A DNA stretch of 64,000 nt, from assembly GCF_965233835.1 (NCBI RefSeq), contig NZ_OZ247585.1, positions 4,377,342 through 4,441,341 on the forward strand, in the 5' to 3' direction. The position numbers and the translations under genes are program-made. Under the pieces are notes generated by a model. It was given only the letters and a program-made list of their open reading frames with translations. It was not told where the DNA came from and made no database searches. Within the stretch, counting starts at the first letter, position 1. Each line of letters begins with the position of its first letter. Positions 1 to 10,167 of this stretch are shown in pieces. This stretch comes from Reichenbachiella sp. Lineage in GTDB: Bacteria > Bacteroidota > Bacteroidia > Cytophagales > Cyclobacteriaceae.

Positions 1-3000
1 GAGATTACGCAAAACATGGGCGTCGAAGGCATTGAAAGAATCGAAGAGTTTTATACAGAGGGCCACTTCGACCCAATGCTCAATCAAAAGTATGATGCGC
101 TGAATGAAGAAGTATTCATCATCAACAATCAGCCTGAACCAATACAGGATATCGAAGACATCAGAAGCTACAACCAAAGCGAAGGTTTAGCGCTGAGTGA
201 AGAGGAAGTAGTTTATTTAGAAGGTGTTTCAGAAAGATTAGGCAGACCACTGACCGACAGTGAAGTGTTTGGATTTTCTCAGGTCAATAGTGAACATTGT
301 CGCCACAAGATTTTCAATGGTCAGTTTATTATAGATGGCGAAGAAAAAGAAACTTCGCTTTTTAAGCTTATCAGAAAAACTTCTGAAACTCATCCAGGAC
401 AAATCGAATCAGCTTACAAAGACAACGTGGCTTTTGTCAAAGGGCCAAAAATGGAGCAGTTTGCACCCAAGACTCAGAACAAGGCAGACTTCTTCGAGAC
501 CAAAGACATAGACTCCGTGATCTCGCTTAAGGCGGAAACACACAACTTCCCGACAACCGTAGAACCGTTCAATGGTGCTGCAACAGGTTCAGGCGGAGAA
601 ATCAGAGACCGTATGGCTGGTGGCCAAGGCAGTATTCCATTGGCTGGAACAGCAGTGTACATGACCTCTTACCCTAGACTAGAAAAAGGGAAAAAGTGGG
701 AAGAAAATATAGAAGCTCGAGATTGGTTGTACCAAACGCCACTTGATATTCTAATCAAAGCTTCAAACGGCGCCAGTGACTTTGGAAACAAGTTCGGTCA
801 GCCAGTGATCTGCGGAAGTGTACTCACCTTCGAACATGAAGAAAATGGCGAAACGCAAGGTTTCGACAAAGTAATCATGATGGCCGGAGGTGTAGGCTTC
901 GGAAAACTATCTGATGCACAGAAAAAACCATTGACCAAAGGAGACAAAATTGTAGTGATGGGTGGCGACAACTACCGCATCGGCATGGGAGGTGGTGCCG
1001 TATCTTCTGTCACCACAGGAGAATTGGCCAATGCCATAGAGCTCAATGCCATTCAGCGTTCGAACCCAGAAATGCAAAAGAGAGTAGCTAATGCGTTAAG
1101 AGCGTTAGCAGAAAGTGATAACAATCCAATTGTCTCTGTACATGATCATGGTGCGGGGGGACACTTAAATTGCCTTTCTGAATTAATCGAAGACATTGGA
1201 GGTCAGATCAACATTGATCAATTGCCTGTAGGCGACCCTACTCTCTCTAATAAGGAGGTCATCGGCAACGAGTCTCAAGAAAGAATGGGATTAGCAATTG
1301 CTGACAAAGATATCCCTGGACTGAAAGAAATAGCTGATCGAGAAAGAGCACCGCTATTTGTGGCTGGTGAAGCCACGGGTGACATGAAGTTCACCATGAA
1401 ACACAAAGACAGCGAAAAGGCAGCTATGGACTGGGGGCTTTCGGATATGTTTGGCTCTGCGCCAAAAACCATATTGAAAGACAAAAAGCTCCAAAAGCCT
1501 TACCAATCGGTAACTGCCAATGACGCCAATTTTGTAGAAGACTTGAAGCAAGTGCTTCAGTTGGAAGCCGTGGCCTGTAAAGATTGGTTAACAAATAAAG
1601 TAGACCGATCAGTAACCGGACGAGTAGCCAAACAACAGACTTGTGGCGAGATCCAACTACCACTAAATAACGTGGCCGTGATGGCATTGGACTTTGTGAA
1701 TAACAAAGGTATTGCTACTTCTATTGGGCATGCGCCTGTAGCTGCCATAGCCAATCCAGCCAAAGGTTCGCAACTAGCGATTACCAAAGCTTTAACCAAT
1801 ATCATTTGGGCACCATTGACTCATGGACTGGATGGCGTATCGCTTAGCGCCAACTGGATGTGGCCTACCAAAACAGATGGTGAAAGAGCCAGACTATACC
1901 AAGCAGTAGAAGCTGTGAGTGAATATGCTATCGCCCTGGGTATTAACATTCCTACCGGAAAGGATTCCTTATCAATGACCCAGAAGTACAACGATGGCAA
2001 AACTGTAGATTCACCTGGTACAGTGATCATCTCTACTGTAGGTGAGGTTTCTGACATTCGTCAAACAATAACACCAGACATTAAACCAGTAAAGGATTCA
2101 ACATTATTGTATATTCCTTTATCAGATGGATCATTCGCTCTGGATGGATCCAGTTTTGGACAGATCAAAAATGCTGTAGGTACCAACCCAGCTACTTCAC
2201 CTGAAGCAGGATACTTTAAGAAAGCATTTGCAGCAGTTCAACAATTAATCAAAGAAGGAAATGTATTGGCCGGCCACGATGTATCTGCGGGTGGTTTGAT
2301 CACTACCCTGCTTGAAATGAACTTCCCTACTACACAAAGTGGAGCTAACATCGACCTAACAACTTTAGGCAACAACTTAGCCCAGATTGCATTTAGCGAA
2401 AGTCCTGCCTTGGTTATTCAAGTAGCTCAGGATGCTTCCTTGGAGGCACTGTCTGAAATCACATTTGAAAAAATTGGCACCGTCAATCTGAACAGAGCAT
2501 TCAATATCAATGGCCTCTCTCTCAATATAGATGAGTTAAGAGATACTTGGTTCAAAACTTCTTATTTGCTAGAGCAACATCAGACAGCAGCTGCTGATGC
2601 TAAATCGAGATTTGAAAGCTATAAGAGTCAAGCGCTACAATATCAATTTCCAACGAACTGGACAGGCCACTTTGGCGACCTGGGTATCAACCAAAAAAGA
2701 AAAGAACAATCTGGCACAAAAGCAGCTATCATCCGAGAAAAAGGAGTGAATGGAGACAGAGAAATGGCCTACGCATTACATCTCGCAGGTTTTGATGTGA
2801 AGGACGTACACATGACGGATCTGATCGCTGGCAGAGAAGATTTGTCGGATGTCAACATGATCGTCTTTGTAGGAGGCTTCTCTAACTCAGATGTACTAGG
2901 ATCAGCCAAAGGTTGGGCAGGTGCTTTCCTTTACAACGAGAAAGCCAATACAGCACTGAAGAATTTCTATGCCAGACCCGACACGCTAAGCTTGGGCGTT

Positions 3001-3459
3001 TGTAATGGATGTCAGCTTATGATGGAATTGGGATTAGTCTTCCCTGAAATTGAAAACCATCCAAAAATGGCTCACAATGCTTCCGGCAAGTTTGAATCAA
3101 TCTTCCTGGATGTAACTATCCCTCAAAATGATTCTGTGATGCTAGGCAATTTATCCAATACAAGGATGGGGATATGGGTAGCTCACGGCGAGGGAAAATT
3201 TGAATTACCACAAGCAGAAAGTGACTATACTGTTTGTATGAAATACGCCAATGAAGCCTACCCTGGCAATCCTAATGGATCAGATTACAATGTAGCGGGT
3301 GTATATTCAAAAGACGGAAGACATCTGGCCATGATGCCTCACCTGGAACGCTCACTCTTTCCATGGAACTGGGCACACCACACCGATTCATCACACGAAA
3401 TTACCCCATGGATTCAAGCATTTGTAAACGCCAAGGATTGGGTAGAGGAACACAAGTAA
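1..3459 (+). CDS. purL: Phosphoribosylformylglycinamidine synthase (large single-chain PurL), 5'-truncated by the window edge
   Basis: Frame is open from base 1 (EITQN-MGVEG). Motifs FSQVNSEHCRHKIFN, KAETHNFPT, HDHGAGG; C-terminal glutaminase with LGVCNGCQ and MPHLER. Confidence 0.97.
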   Translation, partial: EITQNMGVEGIERIEEFYTEGHFDPMLNQKYDALNEEVFIINNQPEPIQDIEDIRSYNQSEGLALSEEEVVYLEGVSERLGRPLTDSEVFGFSQVNSEHCRHKIFNGQFIIDGEEKETSLFKLIRKTSETHPGQIESAYKDNVAFVKGPKMEQFAPKTQNKADFFETKDIDSVISLKAETHNFPTTVEPFNGAATGSGGEIRDRMAGGQGSIPLAGTAVYMTSYPRLEKGKKWEENIEARDWLYQTPLDILIKASNGASDFGNKFGQPVICGSVLTFEHEENGETQGFDKVIMMAGGVGFGKLSDAQKKPLTKGDKIVVMGGDNYRIGMGGGAVSSVTTGELANAIELNAIQRSNPEMQKRVANALRALAESDNNPIVSVHDHGAGGHLNCLSELIEDIGGQINIDQLPVGDPTLSNKEVIGNESQERMGLAIADKDIPGLKEIADRERAPLFVAGEATGDMKFTMKHKDSEKAAMDWGLSDMFGSAPKTILKDKKLQKPYQSVTANDANFVEDLKQVLQLEAVACKDWLTNKVDRSVTGRVAKQQTCGEIQLPLNNVAVMALDFVNNKGIATSIGHAPVAAIANPAKGSQLAITKALTNIIWAPLTHGLDGVSLSANWMWPTKTDGERARLYQAVEAVSEYAIALGINIPTGKDSLSMTQKYNDGKTVDSPGTVIISTVGEVSDIRQTITPDIKPVKDSTLLYIPLSDGSFALDGSSFGQIKNAVGTNPATSPEAGYFKKAFAAVQQLIKEGNVLAGHDVSAGGLITTLLEMNFPTTQSGANIDLTTLGNNLAQIAFSESPALVIQVAQDASLEALSEITFEKIGTVNLNRAFNINGLSLNIDELRDTWFKTSYLLEQHQTAAADAKSRFESYKSQALQYQFPTNWTGHFGDLGINQKRKEQSGTKAAIIREKGVNGDREMAYALHLAGFDVKDVHMTDLIAGREDLSDVNMIVFVGGFSNSDVLGSAKGWAGAFLYNEKANTALKNFYARPDTLSLGVCNGCQLMMELGLVFPEIENHPKMAHNASGKFESIFLDVTIPQNDSVMLGNLSNTRMGIWVAHGEGKFELPQAESDYTVCMKYANEAYPGNPNGSDYNVAGVYSKDGRHLAMMPHLERSLFPWNWAHHTDSSHEITPWIQAFVNAKDWVEEHK

Positions 3460-3520
3460 AAAAAAGTAAAATTATTTAGCTTTTTTAGTTCCAACGCTTG
3501 GCATTATTCAAGCAAATCTC

Positions 3521-3528
3521 TACTTTTG
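3521..3528 (+). promoter_or_regulatory. Bacteroidota housekeeping-sigma -7 element for tRNA-Gln
   Basis: TACTTTTG matches TAnnTTTG, about 28 nt upstream of the tRNA. Confidence 0.6.
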
Positions 3529-3556
3529 TGTTCCCAAAATAAAAGGGGTACTACAC

Positions 3557-3629
3557 TGGTCTATGGTGTAACTGGCAACACGTCTGGTTTTGGTCCAGAA
3601 GAGTCTAGGTTCGAGCCCTAGTAGACCAA
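3557..3629 (+). tRNA. tRNA-Gln (anticodon TTG), CCA not encoded
   Basis: Acceptor stem TGGTCTA/TAGACCA, anticodon arm TCTGG-TTTTGGT-CCAGA, T-loop GGTTCGAGCC. Confidence 0.95.
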
Positions 3630-3633
3630 CTAA

Positions 3634-3670
3634 AAAGAAGCTATCTCTACTGAGATAGCTTCTTTTATTT
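3634..3670 (+). terminator. Strong hairpin after tRNA-Gln (intrinsic terminator-like)
   Basis: AAGAAGCTATCTC-TACT-GAGATAGCTTCTT perfect 13-bp stem followed by T-rich sequence. Confidence 0.7.
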
Positions 3671-3686
3671 CACTAACGCACGAGAC

Positions 3687-4616
3687 ATGTCTGCAGTTAA
3701 AATCTTCGCCGGAAACGGTTCCAAAGAATTAGCCACCAAAATCGCTAATAGTTACGGTAAACCACTTGGAAATTCTACTTCCAAGAAATTCAGCGACGGC
3801 GAGCTCTCTTTTAGTTATAACGAAACGGTTCGTGGATGCGACGTTTTCATTATTCAATCCACAGGTCCTTCTGATAACCTTATCGAGCTTTTGCTCATGA
3901 TTGATGCAGCTAAAAGAGCAAGTGCCAAATCTGTAACCTGTGTGGTTCCTTATTATGGTTACGCCCGCCAGGACAGAAAAGACAAGCCAAGAGTTTCGAT
4001 CGCAGCCAAGCTAATGGCAAATGTACTACAGGCTTCCGGAGCAGATAGACTCATGACTTGCGACCTGCATGCTGATCAGATTCAGGGGTTTTTCGACATC
4101 CCGGTTGATCACTTGGTAAGTGCTTCTATTTTCGTACCATACATCAAGAATTTAAAATTAGACAACTTAATTTTTGCAGCACCAGATGTTGGTAGCACGA
4201 AGAGAGTAAGAGAGTTTGCGAAATTCTTTGAAGCAGAAATGGTCGTTTGCGACAAGCACAGAAAAAGAGCTAACGAAGTAGCTTCTATGCAAGTCATTGG
4301 AGATGTAGAAGGTAAGGACGTGATCCTGGTCGATGATATCATTGACACTGCTGGCACCTTGACCAAAGCAGCCAATCTATTGAAAGAAAAAGGCGCTGTA
4401 TCTGTGAGAGCATTCTGTACGCACCCAATTCTATCTGGTAAGGCTTACGAGAATGTAGACAATTCTGAATTGGAAGAATTGGTCGTAACAGACAGTATAA
4501 AGATAAACGAAGGTCAATCTTCGAAAATTAAAGTGGCAAGTATGGCAGAGTTGTTCGCGAAAGCGATCAGAAAAATCCATGACCACGAATCAATTAGTTC
4601 ATTATTTATTCAATAA
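3687..4616 (+). CDS. prs: Ribose-phosphate pyrophosphokinase
   Basis: KFSDGE, YYGYARQDRK, DLHADQIQGFFD and VILVDDIIDTAGT PRPP-binding motif. Confidence 0.97.
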   Translation: MSAVKIFAGNGSKELATKIANSYGKPLGNSTSKKFSDGELSFSYNETVRGCDVFIIQSTGPSDNLIELLLMIDAAKRASAKSVTCVVPYYGYARQDRKDKPRVSIAAKLMANVLQASGADRLMTCDLHADQIQGFFDIPVDHLVSASIFVPYIKNLKLDNLIFAAPDVGSTKRVREFAKFFEAEMVVCDKHRKRANEVASMQVIGDVEGKDVILVDDIIDTAGTLTKAANLLKEKGAVSVRAFCTHPILSGKAYENVDNSELEELVVTDSIKINEGQSSKIKVASMAELFAKAIRKIHDHESISSLFIQ

Positions 4617-4631
4617 TATATTTAAAGTAGT

Positions 4632-5273
4632 ATGAAAACTATAGAGATTGTAGGGTATAAAAGAGCGAATCTCGGCAAAACTGAAGCGAAAAATCTTCGT
4701 GCCGAAGGCCATGTACCATGTGTAATTTACGGTGGCGAAGAACAAATTCACTTCTACGCACCAGCAATTCTTTTCAGAGAATTGGTTTATACTTCTGAAG
4801 CACACTTTGTAAAAGTGAACGTTGAAGGAGCTGAGTATGACTGTATCATGCAGGACATTCAATTTCACCCAGTAAGTGAAATGATTGTACACGTTGACTT
4901 CTTGCAGTGGTTCACTGGCAAGACTATCAAAATGGATATTCCAGTTCACTTGACAGGTGTATCTAAAGGTGTATCTAACGGTGGTACTTTGATCCACAAA
5001 AGAAGATCATTGTCTATCAAAGCCTTGCCTAAAAACATGCCTGAGCATATCGACCTTGATATTACAGAGCTTGATTTCGGTAAAGCCATCAAAGTAAGTG
5101 ACGTAATTACTGACAACTTTGAAATCTTGGATACTCCACAAGCATCAATTGCAGTGGTAGAAGTACCTAGAGCATTGAGAGGCAAGTCAGCTGACGAATT
5201 AGAAGGCGAAGGTGAAGAAGGAGCTGAAGGCGAAGAGGCAGCAGAAGGAGCTGAGGCACCTGCAGCTGAATAA
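4632..5273 (+). CDS. rplY: 50S ribosomal protein L25 / general stress protein Ctc
   Basis: LRAEGHVPCVIYG, IQFHPV..IVHVDF, acidic C-terminal tail; conserved prs-rplY-pth order. Confidence 0.96.
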   Translation: MKTIEIVGYKRANLGKTEAKNLRAEGHVPCVIYGGEEQIHFYAPAILFRELVYTSEAHFVKVNVEGAEYDCIMQDIQFHPVSEMIVHVDFLQWFTGKTIKMDIPVHLTGVSKGVSNGGTLIHKRRSLSIKALPKNMPEHIDLDITELDFGKAIKVSDVITDNFEILDTPQASIAVVEVPRALRGKSADELEGEGEEGAEGEEAAEGAEAPAAE

Positions 5274-5293
5274 GCTACTGAAAACAAAATTTC

Positions 5294-5326
5294 AAAAATC
5301 CTGCTCTTCGAGTAGGATTTTTTTTT
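5294..5326 (+). terminator. Intrinsic terminator after rplY
   Basis: AAAAATCCTGCTC-TTC-GAGTAGGATTTTT plus T run. Confidence 0.8.
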
Positions 5327-5369
5327 GACTAATTTTTATAAGTATTAATTTTCTCCTAAAAACAAACGA

Positions 5370-5930
5370 ATGAAATATCTCATAGCAGGCCTTGGCAATA
5401 TTGGCCCAGAGTATGAACTCACTCGTCACAATATTGGCTTCTTGGTTTTAGACCGATTGGCAGAGGCCCAGGGTGCGAAATTCGAACACACCAAACTGGC
5501 CAACAAATGTGAATTCAAATACAAAGGAAGAACCATCCACTTGATCAAACCTACGACCTACATGAATCTTAGTGGCAAGGCTGTTAACTTTTGGATGCAA
5601 GACCTTAAAGTAACCAAGGAGAATATACTAGTAATTACAGATGACATAGCTCTTCCTCATGGCAATCTTCGTATGAGAGCCAAAGGAAGTAACGCTGGCC
5701 ACAATGGCTTGAAAAATATTGACGAGCAAACCGGCGGCAACAATTATGCTCGTTTAAAATTTGGCATAGGCAATGATTTCCATAAAGGGCAACAGGTCGA
5801 TTATGTATTGAGTCAATTCTCAAAAGAGCAACTAGAAAACCTGCCATTCGACATGGACAAAGCCTGTGATATGGTACTTTCTTTTTGCACGATTGGAATT
5901 TCCAGAACAATGAACCAATTCAACGACTGA
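5370..5930 (+). CDS. pth: Peptidyl-tRNA hydrolase
   Basis: LIAGLGNIG..Y..TRHNIGF, KPTTYMNLSG, GHNGLK motifs. Confidence 0.97.
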   Translation: MKYLIAGLGNIGPEYELTRHNIGFLVLDRLAEAQGAKFEHTKLANKCEFKYKGRTIHLIKPTTYMNLSGKAVNFWMQDLKVTKENILVITDDIALPHGNLRMRAKGSNAGHNGLKNIDEQTGGNNYARLKFGIGNDFHKGQQVDYVLSQFSKEQLENLPFDMDKACDMVLSFCTIGISRTMNQFND

Positions 5931-6048
5931 CTCACAAATCACTGCAAATCAGCATGTTGAGTCAAACCGTTAACAAACATTAACATTTTTTCTTGGTAAA
6001 GTGAAAATTACGTTCTAGCTTCAAGTTTCACTAAACCAATTCGTATTT

Positions 6049-6288
6049 ATGAAGTTTTTAAGAAACCTTAGTTTGATTGCTGCGGCAATGAGTTTTTTGT
6101 TTGTAGTAGGATGTGGCTCTAAAAGCTCATCTGAAAGCACAGAAGAGGCTCCAATGGAAGAAGCTACTGAAGCTGTAGAAGAAGCAGTGGAAGAAACTAC
6201 TGACATGGCTGAAGAAGCAATGGAAGCAGTGGACTCTTTAGCTACTGAAGCCGTAGAGGCTGTTGACAGTGTGGCTGCAGAAAATTAA
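6049..6288 (+). CDS. Small acidic lipoprotein of unknown function
   Basis: Signal peptide II ending VVGC, followed by low-complexity Glu/Ala repeats (EEA.EEA). Confidence 0.75.
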   Translation: MKFLRNLSLIAAAMSFLFVVGCGSKSSSESTEEAPMEEATEAVEEAVEETTDMAEEAMEAVDSLATEAVEAVDSVAAEN

Positions 6289-6365
6289 GAAAGCTTACGG
6301 GAAAAATTAAAAAATTGAAATCAGCTATTTAAAACTAAAGATTTCATAAAATCCTGGAAAATTTC

Positions 6366-6393
6366 AAAGTCCCGATGAATCGGGACTTTTTTT
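6366..6393. terminator. Hairpin terminator between convergent genes
   Basis: AAAGTCCCGAT-GA-ATCGGGACTTT plus T run. Confidence 0.75.
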
Positions 6394-7642
6394 ATGACCT
6401 TATGGCTATAACCGGATCCATTTTGGCTGCCATACCAGCAGGAACAATTCCTGATATTACTCCGATCACCACCGAGACACTCAGTCCTATTGCTATATTT
6501 TTCAAATTCATAATAAGCTCCAGACTGCCCAAGTCTAAAAACGTCAATAGGTAAACCAAAAAAATACCGAACATTCCCCCAAACAGGCTTAGGAAAATAG
6601 ACTCAAACAAAAACTGATAAAGAATGAAGTTATTTTTTGCTCCTAGTGACTTCTGAATGCCTATTATATTCGTTCGCTCACGAACGGATACAAACATGAT
6701 GTTGGCAATCCCAAAGCCACCCACCAGAATAGAAAAACTACCAATGATCCAGCCAGCTACATTCAACACACCAAAAATCTGACTCAAGAAAGTAGCAAAC
6801 GCCTCTGGCCGATTCATAGCAAAGCTGTTATCCTCTTTCGGCTTAAGGCCTCTCTTCTTACGCACCAATCCAGTGAGTTCTCCTTCCAGTCGTTCTTGAC
6901 CAGGGTCATCCGCCATTCCTTTGATATTAATAGACGAACCCAAACCTTTGTGCTTACTCACTAAATAGAATTTACTAAGGGTTTTATAGGGAATCAAGAT
7001 ATTATCATCATTACTAGGTGTATCTAACAAGGCTTCTCCTTCTTCTTCTATCACCCCTATCACTCTAAACTTAGTACCCTTGACTTTTACTTCTTTACCT
7101 AGTGCCGATTGAAACGGAAAAAGTTCGCTTGCAGAACGCTGACCAATAAGCGCGACATTACTTGCATTCTCGGTTTCCTGAATACTAAAGTATCGTCCGG
7201 CTTGCAGTTGCAGGTCATTTATATCTTTGTAGCCATAAGACACACCAATCATATTTAACCCCGAACTACTACTGCTTCCTTGCTTAGCGGTAATATTCGA
7301 TTTGTAGGCATAAATAGCTATTCCATCATGATTTACCAGGTTTGCTTGCAAATACTTGAATTCCTCATAATCTGGATTCGGTCTTTGGTAATACTTCCAC
7401 CAAGGGTAGAATTTACCCCCAAACTGGTAAGGCCACTTTTCAAGGATGATATTATCAGCGCCTAAAAAATTGAGACTGTTATTGATGTTTCGCTGCAGGG
7501 AATCCACCAAGGTAAAAACCGAAATAATTGCAAAAATACCAATCGTAACCCCAAGGAATGACAAGACCGTCCTCATCATATTCATCTTGAGGGCATTGAA
7601 AGCAAACCTGAAACTCTCCCAAATCAACCGGAAAATCAACAT
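6392..7642 (-). CDS. MacB/FtsX-family ABC transporter permease (no adjacent ATPase)
   Basis: RTVLSFLGVTIGI N-terminal TM, periplasmic MacB domain, IANIMFVSVRERTNIIGIQKSLGA, DPVIAIR C-terminus. Confidence 0.9.
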   Translation of the reverse strand: MLIFRLIWESFRFAFNALKMNMMRTVLSFLGVTIGIFAIISVFTLVDSLQRNINNSLNFLGADNIILEKWPYQFGGKFYPWWKYYQRPNPDYEEFKYLQANLVNHDGIAIYAYKSNITAKQGSSSSSGLNMIGVSYGYKDINDLQLQAGRYFSIQETENASNVALIGQRSASELFPFQSALGKEVKVKGTKFRVIGVIEEEGEALLDTPSNDDNILIPYKTLSKFYLVSKHKGLGSSINIKGMADDPGQERLEGELTGLVRKKRGLKPKEDNSFAMNRPEAFATFLSQIFGVLNVAGWIIGSFSILVGGFGIANIMFVSVRERTNIIGIQKSLGAKNNFILYQFLFESIFLSLFGGMFGIFLVYLLTFLDLGSLELIMNLKNIAIGLSVSVVIGVISGIVPAGMAAKMDPVIAIRS

Positions 7643-7892
7643 CTTATAATAAATTTATTTACGAGCAATATTTATCAGAACAATTTACTAATTTTGCCCT
7701 CTTATTTTGACGTATTGGTCGTACAATCGTTACTTTTATTACATGAATGCAATTGAATATTTTAAACTTCCTTTTTCAACCATTTATTCAATTCAGAATC
7801 CATTCCAAAAAACAGATTTAGATGAAGCAAACCACGAGTGCAACAAATCGTACTGGCGTGTTTCATGTACTGATTAAATAAAATACAAACAG

Positions 7893-8939
7893 ATGAAATT
7901 ATCAGAATTCAAATTTGACCTCCCACCAGGATTGCTAGCGCTTTATCCTACCGAAAACCGTGACGAGTCTCGATTGATGGTCGTGCATAAGGATACTGGG
8001 GAGATCGAGCATAAAGTATTCAAAGATTTAATCAGTTATTTAGATGAGGGTGATAGTGTAATCCTCAACGACACCAAGGTATTTCCTGCCAGATTATATG
8101 GCAACAAGGAAAAGACAGGAGCTAAAATTGAGGTTTTTCTACTGAGAGAACTCAACAAAGAACTTCACCTTTGGGATGTGTTGGTAGACCCTGCTAGAAA
8201 AATTAGAGTAGGCAACAAATTGTATTTTGGAGAAGGTGATTTGGTTGCAGAAGTAATCGACAACACAACTTCGAGAGGAAGGACCATCAGATTCCTTTTT
8301 GACGGAACGGATGAGGAATTCTACAAGTCGATTGACGAGTTAGGAGAAACACCGTTACCAAAAGAAATCGCTAGAAAAACTGAGCCAGAAGATAGAGAAA
8401 GATTTCAAACAATCTATGCTGATAAAGTTGGTGCCGTAGCTGCCCCTACTGCAGGCATTCACTTCACCAGACAAATGCTAAAGAGACTGGAGCTGCAAGG
8501 TGTGGATACCAAGGCTATTACATTACACTTGGGTTTAGGAACTTTTAGACCTGTGGATGTTGAAGATTTGACCAAGCACAAAATGGATTCTGAAAACTAC
8601 ATCGTTCCAGAAGACACGGCTACATTGGTCAACAAAGTCTTGGATGATAAGAAAAAGGTTTGCGCAATAGGAACCACCGTTCTAAGAGCACTAGAATCTT
8701 CCGTATCCGCCAATGGCAGACTCAAAGCGAATGAAGGTTGGACCGACAAATTCATCTTTCCTCCTTACGACTTTAAAATCGTAAAGTCATTAGTTACCAA
8801 CTTCCATTTGCCAGAATCCACACTACTCATGAATGCAGCGGCATTCGGTGGATTTGATTTGATTATGGAAGCTTACCAAGTGGCTATTAAGGAGAAGTAT
8901 AGATTTTTCAGCTATGGAGATGCCATGCTGATTATCTAA
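7893..8939 (+). CDS. queA: S-adenosylmethionine:tRNA ribosyltransferase-isomerase
   Basis: [53 protein letters not shown]. Confidence 0.97.
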   Translation: MKLSEFKFDLPPGLLALYPTENRDESRLMVVHKDTGEIEHKVFKDLISYLDEGDSVILNDTKVFPARLYGNKEKTGAKIEVFLLRELNKELHLWDVLVDPARKIRVGNKLYFGEGDLVAEVIDNTTSRGRTIRFLFDGTDEEFYKSIDELGETPLPKEIARKTEPEDRERFQTIYADKVGAVAAPTAGIHFTRQMLKRLELQGVDTKAITLHLGLGTFRPVDVEDLTKHKMDSENYIVPEDTATLVNKVLDDKKKVCAIGTTVLRALESSVSANGRLKANEGWTDKFIFPPYDFKIVKSLVTNFHLPESTLLMNAAAFGGFDLIMEAYQVAIKEKYRFFSYGDAMLII

Positions 8940-8963
8940 TAAGTTTAAAAAAATCATAGAATG

Positions 8964-8996
8964 AAAAACTCCGAAGATACCTTCGGAGTTTTTTTG
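8964..8996 (+). terminator. Intrinsic terminator after queA
   Basis: AAAAACTCCGAAG-ATAC-CTTCGGAGTTTTT. Confidence 0.85.
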
Positions 8997-9024
8997 TTTT
9001 ATAGAATCACCTAATATTGTTGCA

Positions 9025-9696
9025 ATGAAAAATTACGCTGTGATCGTAGCTGGGGGCTCTGGTAGCCGAATGCAATCCAATCAGCCCAAGCAGTTTCTAG
9101 AGCTTGCTGGCAAACCGGTCCTGATGCATACTTTGGAGGCCTTTGCGGATTGTGGCCTTGACATGCACATCATTTTAGTATTACCAGCCGATCACATAGA
9201 TACGTGGCAGAAGTTAGTAAGCTTACTTCAATTTAATATTGCACATCAAATTACCTTGGGTGGAGCCACTCGGTTCGACTCAGTTCAAAATGGACTCAAT
9301 GAAATTAAAGGAGAAGGTATAGTAGCCATACATGATGGTGCACGTCCGCTGATTTCTACAGAGGTAATCAAACGAACGGTGAATCAAGCAAAAAAAACGG
9401 GGAATGGAGTTGCGGCGGTTCAAGCAAAAGACTCCATCAGGCAAATGAAAGATGGTAAAAGTCTTGCCGTCGATCGTAGTCAATTTTATTCAGTCCAAAC
9501 TCCACAAACCTTTAATGTTGGCTTAATAAAAAAAGCCTTTGATCAAAGTCAGACCAATCAGTTTACCGATGACGCTAGTGTGATAGAAGCTTTTGGAGAA
9601 AAGGTAGAGTTGGTGGAAGGGAGTTATGACAACCTGAAGATCACCACACCTGAAGATCTAATTATTGCCGAATCAATACTAAAGCTGAGAAAATAA
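9025..9696 (+). CDS. ispD: 2-C-methyl-D-erythritol 4-phosphate cytidylyltransferase
   Basis: IVAGGSGSRM...PKQF, IHDGARP, VQTPQTF, TDDASV, NLKITTPEDL. Confidence 0.95.
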   Translation: MKNYAVIVAGGSGSRMQSNQPKQFLELAGKPVLMHTLEAFADCGLDMHIILVLPADHIDTWQKLVSLLQFNIAHQITLGGATRFDSVQNGLNEIKGEGIVAIHDGARPLISTEVIKRTVNQAKKTGNGVAAVQAKDSIRQMKDGKSLAVDRSQFYSVQTPQTFNVGLIKKAFDQSQTNQFTDDASVIEAFGEKVELVEGSYDNLKITTPEDLIIAESILKLRK

Positions 9697-9759
9697 AAGG
9701 CCTGACCTTTCGAAGAAAGCCAGGCTTAATTTCTTATTGCTGTAATTGGCAGCGAGTAT

Positions 9760-9981
9760 CTAGTACTCGTCTTCGTTAAAGAAGAAGTCTTCTTTGGTAG
9801 GATAATCTGGCCAAATTTCTTCAATCGTCTCAAAGGGATGTCCATCTTCCTCTAACTCTTGCAAGTTTTCTACCACTTCCAAAGGAGCCCCTGATCGAAT
9901 GGAATAATCAATCAATTCATCTTTTGAAGCCGGCCAAGGTGCGTCCTCCAAATACGATGCTAATTCTAATGTCCAATACAT
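9760..9981 (-). CDS. DUF2795-domain small protein
   Basis: MYWTLELASYLEDAPWPASKDELIDY, the conserved Bacteroidota form. Confidence 0.85.
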   Translation of the reverse strand: MYWTLELASYLEDAPWPASKDELIDYSIRSGAPLEVVENLQELEEDGHPFETIEEIWPDYPTKEDFFFNEDEY

Positions 9982-10167
9982 AATTTACTTCCTTTAATTC
10001 TGGTGTTTTATATAATCGTGCAAAAATAAATTTTTCAACCAATAATCAAACTATTGACTCCCTTATCTCAAAATTTATTTTAACTGAATATAATCTGTAT
10101 CAAAAAAAAATACAACTGATCTTAAAATGATTCTGATGTTTTTTTTGAACTCCTAACGCAACGGACA

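Noticed and set aside
3557-3700. tRNA-Gln as an integration site for an island
   Set aside because: No integrase and no duplicated tRNA 3' end were seen in the window, and the conserved prs-rplY-pth context is intact.
5200-5273. GAAGG/GCTGA repeats at the end of rplY
   Set aside because: Explained by the usual acidic low-complexity tail of L25/Ctc.
7643-7892. preQ1 riboswitch upstream of queA
   Set aside because: No AGAGGTTCTAG/CCCTC-type stem or A-rich pseudoknot tail was recognisable.
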